Assembly: GCF_037042905.1 (NCBI RefSeq)
Contig: NC_087262.1
Location: 6,758,001-6,822,000, forward strand
Direction: 5' to 3'
Source of the DNA: Lytechinus pictus
Lineage: Eukaryota
Length of the DNA stretch: 64,000 nucleotides
The notes below the pieces were generated by a model. It was not told the origin of the DNA. It ran no database searches and was given only the letters and a program-made list of their open reading frames with translations. This document shows, piece by piece, positions 53,200 through 64,000 of this stretch. A program made the position numbers and the translations under genes. How positions within the stretch are numbered: the first letter of the stretch is position 1; every line of letters begins with the position of its first letter.

Positions 53200-54500
53200 T
53201 TATAGTTTTGAAAGAGCATCAGCAATTACATTATTCTTTCCTTTTATGTGTACAATTTTCAACGGGAATGGTTGGAGCATAAGGCTCCATCTATACAGTC
53301 GTTGATTCTTTGTTTTGAATTTCTCAAAAAACACAAGAGGATTATGTTGTGTAGACTGTAATCTCTCCATTGGTTAGATACACCTCAAACTGCTAAAGGG
53401 CTAGTACGAGACTCAGGGCCTCTTTTTCAATAGTTGAGTACTTCTTCTAAAACCGATTAAGTTTCTTAGAGAAGTAGCACACTGGTTTTTCGATGCCTTC
53501 CTCTTCTTGGAGCAATACTGCTCCTACTCCAACATCACATGCATCAATAGCTACTTTGAATGGCTTTGTGAAGTTTGGAGCTGCCAAAACAGGCTAATTT
53601 GTCAAAATGGCCTTTAATTTCTCAAATGATCTCTGACATTCGTCAGACCAAACATACTTCACTTTTGCCTTCAGCAGGTTTGTCAGAGGGCTAACCACTG
53701 TACTGTAATTTGGAAAAAAATTTCCTGTAGAAGCCACTCATACCTAAGAATCTGAGCAATTCTTTCTCAGTTGTGGGGATTGGGAACTCTAAGATAGCTT
53801 GTATCTTGGCTTCTCTTGGTAGCACTTGCCCTTGACCAACCACATGACCAAGAGATGTGACCTTTGCCTTGGCAAATTCACTTTTCATCAGATTCACTAC
53901 TAGAATGGATTTATCCAGCCTGTCAAACAGTGCTCTTAAATGATCCAGATGATCATTCCAAGTATCACTGTACACTAGGATGTCGTCTATATATACGACA
54001 CAATTGTCAAGCCCAGCAATCACTTGATTTGTTAACCTTTGGAAGGTTGCTGGTGCATTTTTCATTCCAAAAAGCATGACTTTGCATTGAAATAAGCCTT
54101 CAGGTGTTACAAAGGCTGATATCTCTTTGGCTCGGTCAGTCAGTGGCACTTGCCAATATCCTTTACGCAAGTCTATCTTTGTGATATAGGCAGAAATTCC
54201 AACTCTATCGATACAATCTTCTAACCTAGGAATTCGGTATGAGTCAGTCCTAGTTACTGCATTTACCTTTCGGTAATCAATGCAAAATCTCTGAGAGCCG
54301 TCTGGCTTTGGAAACATTACAATAGGGGAACTCCAACTAATCTGAATCGGCTCCATTATGTCATTATCTAACATAAACTGTATTTCCTTATTCACCATTT
54401 CCAACTTGCTTGGATTGAGCCTATAAGGATTATGTTTGATAGGTCTTACATCACCTATATACGTCTACATCATGTACAGTTCAAGGCGTACGCCCTGGTT
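53200..54500 (-). pseudogene. Retrotransposon reverse transcriptase plus RNase H, disrupted
   Basis: WSSPIVMFPKPDGSQRFCIDYRKVN, IDLRKGYWQVPL, FGMKNAPATFQR, YIDD. Then RNase H FKVAIDACDVGVGAVL...YSTIEKEAL...HIKGKNNVIADALS before the 3' UTR and PPT. Confidence 0.88.
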
Positions 54501-54759
54501 TGTCTTTACATTCATTTTCATAGTCTCTTAACAGGCCAGATATATAATTTCTCTGATCTTCAGGCAGGTGTTTTAATGCCTCATCTATATTTCCTAACAT
54601 CTCTGAGTAAGACAACTTTACACCACATGGTTCGTTCTTAGATACATCTGTATAAGACAATTCATTATCAGTCTTTCCATAGCGTTCATCTTCATGTACA
54701 TATACCTGTTTCTTATCTTCTTTGACCTGTGTTGTACCTATTGGCTGACTAGCCTCTCG

Positions 54760-55855
54760 CTCAAAGTGTTCTTTCAACATGTTTACATGACAAACTCTTT
54801 GAGACTTTATTCGATCAGAGGTACTGATCACATAGTTGACATCATTCAATTTTTTTTTACTATGTAGGGAACCCTAAACCTAGATTTCAAGGGCTCACCT
54901 TGCAAAGGCAACAACACTAACACTCTGTCTCCAGGCTTGAAACTTCGCTCTTTTGCATTTTTGTCAGCTTGAGCTTTCATTTTTCCCTGCGACACTTTCA
55001 AGTGTTCCTTAGCCACATCACAAGCTTTTGAGAGCCGTTCTCTAAACTTTGACACATAGTCTAGAAGGTTTACATCATCATCCTGAACCATAAACCTCTC
55101 TTTGATCAGCTTAAGGGGGCCCCTAACCTCATGACCATAGACCAATTCAAATGGACTGAAACCCGTGGACTCATTCGAGGAATCCCTAGCTGCAAACAGT
55201 GGGAATGAGATTCCTTTATCCCAGTCATCGCCTCATCGGGATAATCTTCACAATAAGCCCTAATCATGGTCTTCAGGGTCTGATGATAGCATTTTAACGC
55301 TCCTTGGGAATGTGGGTGATAAGCAGAGGACTTGATCTGGTATATTCCCAACTCCTTCATAACTTGCTGAAATATTCCTGACATGAAATTTGACCCTTGG
55401 TCAGACTGAATTTCCTTAGGCAGACCATACCGAGTGAAAAACTGCACTAACGTCTGTACCACTGTCTTTGCAGTGATACTCCTCAAAGGTATCGCCTCTG
55501 GAAAACGTGTAGACACGTCCATAATCGTCAGGAGAAATATGTGACCCGACCTCGTTATGGGTAAGGGTCCAACACAATCAACACGAACCCTAGTAAAAGG
55601 TTCATCAAATGCAGGAATGGGTATCAATGGAGCAGGCTTGATAGAAGGCTGTGCCTTACCAATAATCTGACATGTATGACATGTCTTACATAAATGCACC
55701 ACATCCTTGTGCATCTTAGGCCAATAGAAATGCCTCATAATTCTATCTTCTGTCTTCCGAATACCAACATGACCTGCCATATGTAACTCATGAGCCATTT
55801 TCAGATCTCTGTGCGGTAACAGGGAGGAACTACTACCTGGTGAATTATACACCAA
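54760..55855 (-). pseudogene. Retrotransposon integrase (HHCC, DDE core, GPY/F-like tail), disrupted
   Basis: HELHMAGH...CKTCHTC, VDCVGPLP, SDQGSNF, YHPHSQGALKC (catalytic E replaced by K), FKPGDRVLVLLP...RFRVPY, CHVNMLK. Confidence 0.85.
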
Positions 55856-56266
55856 TTTTCATCAGCTGGTCTCCGGGGAGGTCTCCACTTCCTCATCAAA
55901 ATGTCATCTTTGACATAAAAGCACTCAGGAACCTTATCAGCCTCAGAACATGCTATCTGTGACAAGCCTTTCAATTCTGGGTCTGCCTGTTGTGCCTGTA
56001 CAAGGCAGGATTTACCAAACAAACTATCATTGTTAGCAACAGAGCCTTCAACACTATCCCCATTCAAATCCTTGAAAAAGGTTTCAGCTAACCAGACATC
56101 AGTACTCTCCTCTACATCAGTAGAATCAGCATCATCCTTTTCAGCTCTAAGAGTCTGAGACCTAGTAACAACACAATCCGGGAAAATCCCTGGAAAATCT
56201 TCCTGCAACAATTCAGTTTCGGCTACCTCAACCACCTTCTCCGAAACCACTGGAGATGCAACAACT

Positions 56267-56727
56267 CTATCTCCAGCCAAGTCGTTCCCTAACAAGAAAA
56301 TCAACACCTTCCATGAGTAATTCTGGAACGATACCAACAGTCACAGGACCACTAACTAGGTCACACCTTAAGTCGACCTTATGCAAAGGAATCGACATAA
56401 AATTTGGGCCAATAAAGACTTTGGCATTCTCTGAACTCTCCGGAGGAAGAGCCAAATCCCCTGGCACCATCAGGGACTATGTGCAGTCCCTGTATCCCTA
56501 AGGATCACCACTGACCTATCAGCAGCACTAGTCGAACAAGGGGATACTTCACCATCATACAAAAAGCTTCTAAAGCTTTCGTCAACCTGCTTGACTTTAT
56601 CAGCAAATACCAGAGAAACACTCTCAACACCTTGAATGGGCTCTGATGGGACAAACTCCATCGAGGGAACACTTGTTTGCTTGACAAAACCCATGTCTTC
56701 CTTAACTTTGGTTGGCATTCCAACCAA
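56267..56727 (-). pseudogene. Retrotransposon aspartic protease region, disrupted
   Basis: VVILRDTGT catalytic-type motif, followed by VTVGIVPELLMEGVD/FLLGNDL across frameshifts. Confidence 0.7.
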
Positions 56728-56730
56728 TTT

Positions 56731-57438
56731 TCAACATGATTCTTTCAAATGTCCCGATTTATGACAATGAGTACAAATTTTGGAACTACGAATCCCAGAC
56801 CTTTTGGTTGATTCTGTGCCCCCACTAGCCTGATTCTTGTTAGTGTCTTTGTCCTTGCTTGCATATTTTCCCTCACCAGGCTTATTGTGAGATTCAAATG
56901 ACCCGTTACCTTTCTTTTTCAAATAATTATTGAAAGGAGGCCTATCTCCACTACCTTAATGTGTGACCTCAAATTCATCAGCTACTATGGCTGCTTTACT
57001 GACTTCAGTAACTCTATGGTCATCTAAGTGAGATTTAATGCCAAAAGGAAGACTCTTTTTAAATTCTTCTAGGAGGACAACTTCCCTAAGGTGAACAAAA
57101 TCTTTGTCATTTTTCAGTGATCTATACCACTTATCGAACATCATTTCTTGTTCCCTAGCAAATTCACCATACGTCTGGCCTGATTGTCTTTGCATGTTCC
57201 TAAACTTATGTCTGTACGCTTCTGGTACCAACTCATATGCATTGAGAATTCTTTCTTTCACTGTAGCATAGTCACATGATTGCATTTCAGAGAGCGAAAA
57301 ATAGACTTTTGCAGCCTTTCCAACAAAAACACTTTGGAGGAGAAGAGTCCAGTATTCCTCAGGCCAATTTAGTCTCTTGGCCACTTTTTTCAAATGACAC
57401 AACATATGTATCAATTCTTCAACATCAAATGTAGCCAT
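56731..57438 (-). pseudogene. gag: Retrotransposon gag (SCAN-like capsid C-terminal region plus CCHC zinc knuckle), disrupted
   Basis: WPEEYWTLLLQSVFVGKA...AYELVPEAYRHKFR...LREVVLLEEFKKSLP, then CTHCHKSGHLKESC. Stops and frameshifts present; the N-terminal part appears deleted. Confidence 0.8.
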
Positions 57439-57630
57439 GGTGGAATACACACAAATACAAGCAAGTAATAACAGAGTAAAGTAAATTCTAGAACTTTCCA
57501 AAAAATTCCAAAAATGTTTTCAATTCAAATTGGCTTTTGTTTCGAAATGGCTTTCGTCTCAAATTGGCTTTTGCTTCCCGAAAAACTGGTTTTAGTTTCA
57601 AATTGGCTTTTTGTACAAATTGGCTTTCGA

Positions 57631-57648
57631 TTCCCGGACAAGCCCCCA
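57631..57648 (-). promoter_or_regulatory. Primer-binding site complementary to tRNA-Pro 3' end
   Basis: Minus strand TGGGGGCTTGTCCGGGAA, 8 nt inside the 5' LTR. The canonical tRNA-Pro PBS is TGGGGGCTCGTCCGGGAT. Confidence 0.88.
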
Positions 57649-58370
57649 AAATTATTTGTTACGATACTGCAACAAATAACAATGAAAATTTAGTTTTAAA
57701 TTTGATTTCCTTTTTTTTTATTACAGAATATAATTAACCATACACAAACAAATCAAAAATAATAATGGTCTTACATCTCTTGAAGTGTCAGATGTGCAAT
57801 CCAAAGTTATGATAGTCCAGTATTTAATCCAGAGAAAATCCAAGTTGGTTGGCGAAGTTTCCCTGAATTAAAGTTCACAATGATGGCGATGATGAAATTG
57901 ATGTTGAAGCACGATGAATAACAAGAGTCACTGTAACGAGTTGAAATGTCCGTGAAGATGATGTTGATGATGATTAACAGTCAATTTCAGCAATCCATGG
58001 TTTGAAAAGCGTTCATTAAAACAGGTTGATGATCTCGATGACAACTGAGAATTCCTCTTTCAAAGTAACTGCAAACAGTTCACTGATGGCGTGCAAATGT
58101 TGTATTCCAGTTGGAAATAAACTATGCTCTGACATAAAGTCTGGCGTGAAGCTCTGAGTTCTGATCTGATATGATGATGCCCTTGAAGAAACTGCCAGCT
58201 TATATACAAATTATTCACTATTCTGGAAGCTTCTAGTATTGTCTTTAAAAAGAACATTCTGCCAGTTTCTAGAGCAGTCTAATGGCCTCAATGAAATTAA
58301 CAATGTAAACGACATAGCTAATCCTATTGTCCTTTTCACTGCCACTAGCAGTCTATTGTCTGTCTTAGTG

Positions 58371-59178
58371 TGCGTTTATGCGCCACTTTGAAATTGAATA
58401 TAATCATGATTAGAATCACAAACATGAAACACGAAAATAGGGGCGTTTGGAAAGACGTTTCTGCAGAATCACGTACGAAAATGTTCGAATAAACGATATC
58501 GTGATTACAATCATGATTCTATGACCTCACTGTTGTGTCGGGCTACTTTCGGTTTGACTCTTGCCAAGCTCAAGGCGCTCTATATGCTCATTGTATGTAC
58601 ATGATTATGTACTACGCATGCATTTGTTGTCATGTTCAAGTTCTGTGTTGGTCATCGCATCGTCCACTACTTTTCATTTTTTGGTCATGTCTTCAACTTC
58701 AAGTTCTAGTAAATGAATTAACTGGACAGACAATGATCTCGGTTGTTGTTGAGTATACAGTATCAATATTAAATTGGATCTACGCTGAAATTCACTTCCG
58801 AACACCATTTTGGATAAATTAACAAGATGAATAGAAGCATATGAACCCTATATGATAGAAGTAAACAAAATGAGGTATAGACTGAATTCTGGAAGCAAAA
58901 GATTTTTCGAGAGCCGAAACAGGTGCGAAAACCTCTGTCAAACTGCGCACTAGTGATGCGCACTGGATTGGCCCGAATCTGAGGAGAAACAGCATTGGAA
59001 TGAAGGTCGTCTAAACGCTGATTCTGTGATATTGTGATTCATGTTTGTGTTTTAATCATGATTCAAATCATGATTCAAATCATGATTCTGGCTTGAGGTC
59101 GCATAAACGCAGCCTAAACGCAATCGTGATTCTACAGAATCATGATTTGAATCATGATTCTAATCGTGATTCTAGGGT
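58371..59178. mobile_element. Non-autonomous TIR element nested in the 5' LTR
   Basis: Absent from the other LTR. TIR-like TGCGTTTATGCG / CGCATAAACGCA (59100-59111) with internal AATCATGATTC repeats; boundaries approximate. Confidence 0.7.
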
Positions 59179-59319
59179 AATTCAGAAATAACAAAGATTA
59201 TTCTATTTCATTGAATAGCATGACTAACAAAGCTTTACTGAGACATTCTGGAATATTCTTAATCATTCTAAGCTATGAATATCCTTAAAGAGAAAATAAC
59301 TAAATAAATGAATGTAATT

Positions 59320-60035
59320 CTCGCTACCCCAAATAGCGATTTCGCCGAGATCCGGGAAAATCCCTGTAACGCGCATTGCATTATGGGATAGCTTTTCGGT
59401 AAGTCCAATGCACTGTTTTGTCATTCAGATCAACAGTGCCGTCACGCACAACAACACAACGTCGCTTTCGCTTGGAAAGTTCGTGATCACAACCCTCTCT
59501 TTCACGATACAATTTAACGGCCTTTTCTGCTTAAGTCAGTAATTCTGCCCGACGCTTTCCATTACACGGTATTCCTCTGTCAGTTAAGATTTTTTTCAGT
59601 TCCGAAACTGATTTTTTATCCATTTTGTGGTCGACGAAAAATTGAACGGAATGAATGCTGTATATATTTAGCGTCTAGTCGAATACGATCGTGATGTCAG
59701 GCCGGTCGCTCAATGCAAAATTTTAAGATATTCATTATTTGTTTAATTTTTTATATCCAAATAAAAACATTAATAAAACTTACTTTCACGTAAAATATAT
59801 ATTTTTTTATTATTTATAATTCAAATGGAATCAAAACTGACCAAATTAAATAAAAAGTATTATAATTTGTACATGTTACGCTGATTGGCATCGATTTCAG
59901 CGTGGTGGAAAACTCAGTATTGCGAACCTCGCGCGAGCATGACTCTGAACCGGAAGTGGTGATGACGACCCGACGGAGTAAAAATTATCTCGTCTCGCGC
60001 ATTATGAGATTTTTGTTCCTATTTGGGGTAGCGAG
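59320..60035. mobile_element. MITE with 17-bp TIR and 4-bp AATT TSD (Sola1-like target), nested in the 5' LTR
   Basis: AATT|CTCGCTACCCCAAATAG...CTATTTGGGGTAGCGAG|AATT. The empty site AATGTAATTGCTC is seen in the 3' LTR at about 52951. Confidence 0.9.
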
Positions 60036-61119
60036 AATTGCTCTTACAATTCTTCTTATATATAACAATGTGGATATAGCACTTAATAAATGATGCGAGT
60101 GCGAAGCGCGAGCTGATATCTTTATTATTATTTGACGTAGGACCTGGACATTCTAAGCCTAAGGATATTTTATCATTATATGAAAAGGATGACTATCTTC
60201 CTATTCCTCTTCCTAAGCGCGATATGAAACTTGTCGATATTCCTTTCTGAAAAAGGGACAATTTAGTTATTAGGAATTCATGAAAATTTTATTATCATAT
60301 TTAAGCTTAATGAGTGAAATTTCTTGACATTTGAGGCCTGAAAACTGGATATTTTAAGCACTTTTGTTATCATAAATACGATTTATGAGTTGATATACTA
60401 TTTATCAAATAATGCGAGCGCACAGCGCAAAAGGCTGCAAATGATATTCACACCATAAACGGACATTTTACAGAGCAATTAAAAAAATCAATTTGTAAAT
60501 CAAACAAAATAATGAAAGGCAAAGCTCGATGTCCGAGCTGAAATATGATTTGAATATTGACTTCAAAACTTGATATTTTCAGCTACATATCAGCCCTTGA
60601 GCAAGATATGTATCTCATCGAACAGGCTATGCGAGCGCGAAGCGCGAGCGAAAATTTAATAATTAAAAGTGACATGAAATATATATTTTTACATTATATT
60701 CTAAGTCTTCCCCTGACGTTATTTTATTCACTCGTCTCACTCCTCTTATTTCGCTCTTCTTTTTTCCTCCTTTCTTTCCCCTTCTTTTTCTTTTTTTTTC
60801 TTTCTTTCCTCCATTCTTTCTTTCCTCCTTTTTCTTTTTTTGCTCCGCCAATAGGGGGGGGGGGGGCCTCGCCCCCCCCCCCCCTGGATCCGCCTACGAG
60901 TAGTAATGGTAGTAGTAGAAGTCGTAGTAGTAGAAGTAGTAGGAGTAGTAGTAGNNNNNNNNNNNNNNNNNNNNNNNNNNNNNNNNNNNNNNNNNNNNNN
61001 NNNNNNNNNNNNNNNNNNNNNNNNNNNNNNNNNNNNNNNNNNNNNNNNNNNNNNNNNNNNNNNNNNNNNNNNNNNNNNNNNNNNNNNNNNNNNNTACCTG
61101 CATTCTTTCTGTATGATAG

Positions 61120-61235
61120 GGATGTATGGCAAGAATGTCAATGAGGAGACGACCGTTGATGTCCTCACCGATTGTGTGGCGGATATGTTTACCAAATATA
61201 TCAAGGTCTCTTTCGAGAAAGACGAGGCAACGAAG
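61120..61235 (+). pseudogene. Orphan duplicate of GST#2 exon 3 (GST gene fragment)
   Basis: 116-nt exon with AG/GT intact, encoding MYGKNVNEETTVDVLTDCVADMFTKYIKVSFEKDEATK. Near-identical to 33955-34070 plus about 140 nt of the following intron. No matching exons 1, 2, 4 or 5 were seen nearby. Confidence 0.8.
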
Positions 61236-61375
61236 GTAAGGGTGTAGAACATAACATTACAAAATATGTGGTGTTTAACTGTTATACATAGAAGACCATA
61301 CAATCATTGTACTCCGGTGTTAGATTTGTGGTGTTTAATAGTTCAACACCCATGCATGCTACTACAACACCTTTG

Positions 61376-62310
61376 TGTTAAGAAACCAAAGCCACAGCTT
61401 ACCTGATGCTGGTGAGACCACTGCTAGAGTATGCAGCAGCTGCTTGGGACCCTTCCACCAAGTCAAATATCCAATCATTAGAAAGAGTTCAACGACAAGC
61501 TGCCAGATCTTGTACCGGTAACTATCATAGAGAGGAGGGCTCTGTCACTACACCTTGGTCACATTTGCTCTACGGCGGCCGTACGGCGAGTCGAAAACAG
61601 CCGTTTTATTAATTTCGATTCAAACCACCTATGTATAAATGTATAACAAAATGTTAAAACGGCTGTTTTCGACTCGCCGTACGGCCGCCGTAGAGCAAAT
61701 GTGACCAAGGTATAAAGCACTTAGTGATCTTGGTTGGGAATCTCTCCAGACAAGGAGAAAGAACTTATGCTTTACAAAATGAAAACCGGTCTCGTCAATA
61801 TCAAGATAAATGAGTTCGTCCAACGGAACACCGACAAGACACACAAGGGGGAATAACCAAAAATTCCCCCAGGTTAAGCACGATAAAGGACTGGAATAAC
61901 CTCCCCTCCTCGATTGTAAATTGCCCCTCCCTCGAGTCATTTAAATTAAAACTGAAACAACTTCAATAAAAGTCATTCCACACACGTTGCGCTACTCTCT
62001 TCACAAAGTTAGCGTGCACACTGTAAAAACTGCGGTGTTAAAACCGACACCAGTTGGTGTTAATAGAGGACCACACCGTGAGGTGTTAAAATTACACCAT
62101 AGAGATTAAAAATAACACCAAAGCGTGTAAATGTAACAACCAAAGGTGTTGTAATGACACCTATAGGTGTAAAACTAACACCACCAATTCAACACCGGTG
62201 TAAAATAACTGGTGTGGTCCTCTATGTGCACCGGTTAACACCACAGTTTTTGCTGTGTGGATGTGTCGCCCAACGACATTTTGCTGACCCAACTATTCAG
62301 ATTCAGATTG
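61376..62310 (+). mobile_element. LINE ORF2 3' fragment with nested MITEs
   Basis: AYLMLVRPLLEYAAAAWDP..LERVQRQAAR..EEGSVT[insert]KALSDLGWESLQTRR; (CAGATT)n tail; nested elements at 61551-61712 and about 62019-62257. Confidence 0.8.
61551..61712. mobile_element. Palindromic MITE with TA TSD
   Basis: TA|CACCTTGGTCACATTTGCTCTACGGCGGCCGTACGGCGAGTCGAAAACAGCCGTTT...exact reverse complement|TA, splitting the LINE reading frame. Confidence 0.88.
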
Positions 62311-62604
62311 TTTGTTACTTTTACACATACATATTCGGTGCACACATCTTCTTTACCCGCCTCTCACATCTCCATTTTTTTAAAAATTTTATTTCTTAGC
62401 TTCTTCCTAACTTAAGCCCATCTCCCAGCATGTATCTTAGGGTAACCAAAGCTCCACCACGCCCCCTTTTAACTAACACGCACAAATCCTTTATTAGCAC
62501 ACACGATCTCAAACAAAGTAAAAACAAATATGCTTAAATTAGTCAAGAAAAACCGAGCGCACTGAATAACTGTTCACTCCGCCTGCCGACCAACATCAAG
62601 GTAA

Positions 62605-62823
<219 letters not shown>

Positions 62824-63056
62824 TGATCATATCAATCAGTTTCCGCATCAAAGAATAACTTTCAAATGACTGAAGATGGAAAGAAAATGTCCACAGGGCA
62901 GGAGGGAGGGGGGGGGGGGGGGGGGCTTGCAGGTTAATGACCGAATTTATGATATTTCCAGTAGAGTAGTGAACAAAAGAAACAAAGAGGTGAAACGAAG
63001 AAAAGGAAGGAGAAAGGTGAGAAAGAAAAGGGGACATTAAAAAAATACAACACAAA

Positions 63057-63275
63057 GGGAGTGTTGCAAGAACATATTTGCGATCAATTGCAAATATTAT
63101 GTTCCAATTTTACAACTGATAGATCAACGTTAGCTGTAGCAAATCAGATTAATCTTCTTTTTTCAAGGAGAAGATTAGCAGTCAATCACTAATTTGCAAT
63201 TAACTACAAGACATATGACTGATTTAGGGACCAAAAATAGATTTGCAATTGATCGCAAGTTTCTTGCAACACCCC
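63057..63275. mobile_element. MITE in GST#4 intron 1, absent from the paralogous GST#3 intron
   Basis: TIR GGGAGTGTTGCAAGAA..TTGCGATCAATTGCAAAT / ATTTGCAATTGATCGCAA..TTCTTGCAACACCCC; empty site at about 39680-39695. Confidence 0.8.
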
Positions 63276-64000
63276 AAAAGATATTAATGGTCACCTATAG
63301 TCTAATTTAGTTTGACGTATCAGTATCCATCCGTTTTCATTGGGATGTATATTAATGTGTAACACATGGGCGGAAATCCCAGAAGAAGGGGGGACGCAAA
63401 CATCTATTAAACATCCATTATATAGAGTTATCATCTCATCAGTGTTATTTGATATGCGCTCATGATTCCCCACTTGTGTTAATCAGCGATTACAAGTTGG
63501 ACTTTGCATTTTGCAAGGAAAGTTGGCGGAAAGAGGGGTCGAGATCGAGTGGGTCTATATTATATACAAACATATAAACGATAAATGGGCACTGAATATA
63601 GGCATGTGTTTGAGGGCGAGGGTTCTAGTTCCGTTATCATGGTTTTAACAGCAAGATAAAAAAAGCGGTCTTGATAACCATTCAAAAATACATATATATT
63701 TCAGTATAATTATGTGTCTAAATTAGCAATATGTCGGCAATACCACAGTATTGATTATAAAATAATGATACCCTTTATTCTAGATTAATATAGACATCGC
63801 TAAATCAAATCATTGTCCAAATGCCATCTGTGGTTTTTTTTTCAGTATTCCAGGTAACCCTTCACGATTTTTAAACGGAGGCGCCATTCGTGGATGGGTG
63901 TAGGATTGACCCCCCTCTCTCTCTCTCTCTCTCTCACTCTCTCTTAAGCCCGTCTCACATTGTGCGATCCGATACGACATTATTTTTTAATTACTTTATT

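Larger units (their letters stand above)
52086..60067 (-). mobile_element. Gmr1-like Ty3/gypsy LTR retrotransposon, decayed
   Basis: LTRs TGTTA..TAACA at 52086-52987 and 57657-60067 (the latter with 2 nested insertions). PBS and PPT present. Frameshifted gag, PR, IN, RT and RH ORFs in that order on the minus strand. Confidence 0.92.
57657..60067 (-). repeat. 5' LTR, interrupted by two nested DNA-transposon insertions
   Basis: Collinear with 52086-52987 once about 58371-59178 and 59320-60035 are removed. Confidence 0.88.

Noticed and set aside
53200-57501. Active retrotransposon or domesticated SCAN/integrase gene
   Set aside because: Multiple stops and frameshifts, an integrase catalytic Glu changed to Lys and a deleted gag N-terminus.
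61120-61235. Alternative (mutually exclusive) exon of GST3 or GST4
   Set aside because: It lies after GST3's last exon and before GST4's first exon, so normal cis-splicing cannot give a full GST.

Overview
AT-rich, intron- and repeat-rich eukaryotic DNA. It looks like an invertebrate deuterostome, and the repeat families resemble sea urchin, though that is an inference. The window holds a co-oriented detoxification cluster on the + strand: three complete 5-exon sigma-class glutathione S-transferase genes (4314-11176, 31465-36234, 39323-50725), one complete 6-exon CYP2-clan cytochrome P450 between the first two (15578-24015), an orphan duplicated GST exon 3 (61120-61235) and exon 1 of a fourth GST (62665-62806) that runs off the window. 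A decayed Gmr1-like Ty3/gypsy LTR retrotransposon lies on the - strand at 52086-60067, with a SCAN-like gag, PR-IN-RT-RH order and a tRNA-Pro PBS. The rest is MITEs, tRNA-SINEs, LINE 3' fragments, satellites and three N gaps. The most unusual object is in GST3 intron 1 (41805-42579): a (TA)n-embedded element with ~310-bp near-perfect inverted arms and a 58-bp terminal redundancy. Each arm carries an intact 72-nt tRNA-like gene with a UCA (opal-reading) anticodon and a T6 Pol III terminator. All exon boundaries were read by hand from GT/AG sites and frame continuity; no database searches were run.
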